Of a DNA stretch of 64,000 bases, positions 62,170 to 64,000 are shown in pieces (positions within the stretch are counted from its first letter, which is position 1; every line of letters starts with the position of its first letter). Both the position numbers and the translations under genes were made by a program. The notes below the pieces were generated by a model, which worked only from the letters and a program-made list of their open reading frames with translations, was not told the origin of the DNA and did not search any database. This DNA is from an uncultured Gemmatimonadales bacterium (GTDB lineage Bacteria; Gemmatimonadota; Gemmatimonadetes; Gemmatimonadales; GWC2-71-9), in NCBI GenBank assembly GCA_963771275.1, contig CAVYSW010000003.1, positions 736,001-800,000 on the forward strand, written 5' to 3'.

Positions 62170-62462
62170 GTGAAACGGGTGTTGGTCGTCTGCACCGAGA
62201 ACGCCAACCGCCGCCGGATGGCGGAGGCGTTCGCCCGCATCCACGGCCGGGGCACGCTCGAGGCGGTGAGCGCCGGGTCCAGACCATCCGGGAAGATCAA
62301 TCCGCGCGCGGTCGCGGCAATGCGCGAGCGGGGCTACGACTTGTCGGGACACGCAACCAGGGGGCTCGGCGAAATCGGTTCCCGGCCCGTGGGACCATGT
62401 CATCACCCTGGGCTGCGGGGATGCCTGCCCATGGGTACCGGCCACCTACCGCGAGGATTGGA
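62170..62462 (+). pseudogene. arsC: Arsenate reductase (LMW-PTP type), frameshifted and truncated
   Basis: KRVLVVCTENANRRRMAEAF...SAGSRPSG..NP; DHVITLGCGDACP...REDW continues in another frame; the DP-containing C-terminus is missing. Confidence 0.7.
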
Positions 62463-62603
62463 CCTCCGCGGAGGCGCCGGCTTGCGGTGAGCGCCTGCCA
62501 CGGGGACTACGACCGCTCGCCGTTCGACGCGTCGACGAGCCCGTTCTTCATCTGCGAGCTCGTGCGCGGCGCCACGGCCCTCGACGCCTAGGGGGTATCC
62601 GCC

Positions 62604-63146
62604 ATGTCATCGAGTCTCGCAGCCCTGCTGGTCCTTCTTGCGGCGTTCGCCCTCGTCGCCACGGTGATTCTCGCCCTGCGGTACAACGACCTGCAGCGGA
62701 GCTTCACGGAGCGGCTCGAGCGCGACATCGCGACGTGGCGGCAGCATGAGCTCGCTGGCGCGCGGCAGCAGCTGGAGGCCCTGATCCGGCGGGAGGCGGC
62801 AGTCTCACTCGAGCAGTGGAAAGCCGAGCACACGGAGGCCGTGCGCCGCGACGCGATCCAGCGCAGCCAGGCGGTCACCGTCGGCAAGGTCTTCGAGCAG
62901 CTGGTGCCCTACCTGCCGGATTTTCGCTACAGCCCGAAGGACGCGCGGTTCCTCGGCACGCCGGTGGACTTCGTGGTGTTCGACGGCCTCGGTGAGGACC
63001 GCTGCGATCGGGTGGTCTTCATCGAGGTGAAGACCGGGGCGTCGTCCCTGAGCACGCGCGAGCGGCGGGTGCGGGACGCGATCGATGCCGGGCGCGTGAT
63101 CTGGCAGGAGCTGCGCCTGCCGGACGCCCACGTCGCGGACGGGTAG
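62604..63146 (+). CDS. Holliday-junction-resolvase-like PD-(D/E)xK endonuclease with N-terminal TM
   Basis: GKVFEQLVP, DARFLGTPVDFVVFDG, FIEVKTG. Confidence 0.82.
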   Translation: MSSSLAALLVLLAAFALVATVILALRYNDLQRSFTERLERDIATWRQHELAGARQQLEALIRREAAVSLEQWKAEHTEAVRRDAIQRSQAVTVGKVFEQLVPYLPDFRYSPKDARFLGTPVDFVVFDGLGEDRCDRVVFIEVKTGASSLSTRERRVRDAIDAGRVIWQELRLPDAHVADG

Positions 63147-63178
63147 GTGTTTCGGCACGCCGCCCGCGCGACAGACCG

Positions 63179-64000
63179 CTATCGCGCCCGGAGCGTCACC
63201 CGCAGCAGCTCGCTCGGCCGCCACAGGCGCATGCGCGGTCCCCACGTGCCGGCGCCGCGCGACACGATGACCGGCATGCCGTCCACGTCATAGCGCCCCC
63301 CCATCAGCGGGTACCTGCCGCGCACGAAGTAGCCGAACGGCCAGATCTGCCCGCCATGGGTGTGCGCGGCAAGCATGAGCCCGACTCCGGCTCGCGCCGC
63401 GACGCCGGCCTCCCACGGGGTGTGGGAGAGCAAGATGGTCGCACCGGCCGGCCGATCGGCGAGCGCGCGCATCACGGGATCACCCTGGCCGCGATCGCGC
63501 CGCGCCGTGAGGTCCTCCACGCCGGCGAGGACGAGCCCGGGGCGGACCTCCGCCCAGCGGTCGCGCAGGACCTGAAAGCCGGCGTCTTCGAGCAGCCGCA
63601 CGCTCGAATCCAGACCCGCGTAGACCTCGTGATTGCCGGTGACCGCCCACACGCCCAGCGGTGCGGACAGCCTGCGGAACACCGGGAGGAGGTTGTCGGC
63701 GCCGCCATCATTGGCGTCGCCCTCCATCACGTCGCCCAGCACCACGACCAGGTCCGGCTCGAGCGCCTCGACCTGGGCGACCCGCGCCGCAAGCCATCGA
63801 GCGCCCACCCACCGGCCCAGGTGAAAATCCGACACCGCGACGAGCACGGTCCCGTCCAGCTCGGCCGGCAGGCCGGCCAGGCGCTCCTCGTAGCTCCGCA
63901 CCACCGGCGGGCGCACGCCCTGCAGCACCGCCACGGCGCTCAGCGCGCCACTCGCGAGCAGTGCCCACGCCCGGAGCCGCGGCACCAGCCGGCGGAAGAC
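63179..64000 (-). CDS. Calcineurin-like metallophosphoesterase (YkuE-like), 5' end outside window
   Basis: SDFHLG, LGD, TGNHE, LLSH, HTHGGQ, VSRGAG. Confidence 0.88.
   Translation of the reverse strand, partial: VFRRLVPRLRAWALLASGALSAVAVLQGVRPPVVRSYEERLAGLPAELDGTVLVAVSDFHLGRWVGARWLAARVAQVEALEPDLVVVLGDVMEGDANDGGADNLLPVFRRLSAPLGVWAVTGNHEVYAGLDSSVRLLEDAGFQVLRDRWAEVRPGLVLAGVEDLTARRDRGQGDPVMRALADRPAGATILLSHTPWEAGVAARAGVGLMLAAHTHGGQIWPFGYFVRGRYPLMGGRYDVDGMPVIVSRGAGTWGPRMRLWRPSELLRVTLRAR

Overview
GC-rich bacterial chromosomal segment. The gene repertoire (many secreted 6-bladed beta-propeller proteins, a VPS10-type hydrolase, an Ig/TolB protein, an S9 peptidase) suggests Gemmatimonadota; this is inference, as no phylogenetic test was run. 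From left to right the window holds: a partial PQQ sugar dehydrogenase and an isolated E1-alpha gene; a damaged type I restriction-modification island (hsdR joined to a Panacea-like antitoxin remnant, a RelE-like toxin, hsdM, no hsdS); a GH127 gene; a gyrA / threonine dehydratase / diguanylate cyclase / Ser-Thr kinase string; and vapBC. Next is a ~20 kb region with seven paralogous 6-bladed beta-propeller genes around a two-permease RND-MFP-TolC exporter, headed by a small Sec-secreted Cys-containing protein with a pore-former-like beta-hairpin. This is the best candidate for an undescribed peptide export/toxin-immunity system. The rest is mostly secreted hydrolases, an H1-like protein, DinB genes, a cytidylate-kinase-like/TauE/two-component cluster, a mosaic arsC remnant, a Holliday-junction-resolvase-like gene and a partial metallophosphoesterase. 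Short 7- and 9-bp tandem repeats decorate many gene boundaries. Several frameshifts lie in homopolymers and may be sequencing errors. No rRNA, tRNA, CRISPR array or transposase was recognised. All family assignments are from motif recognition by eye, not database searches.
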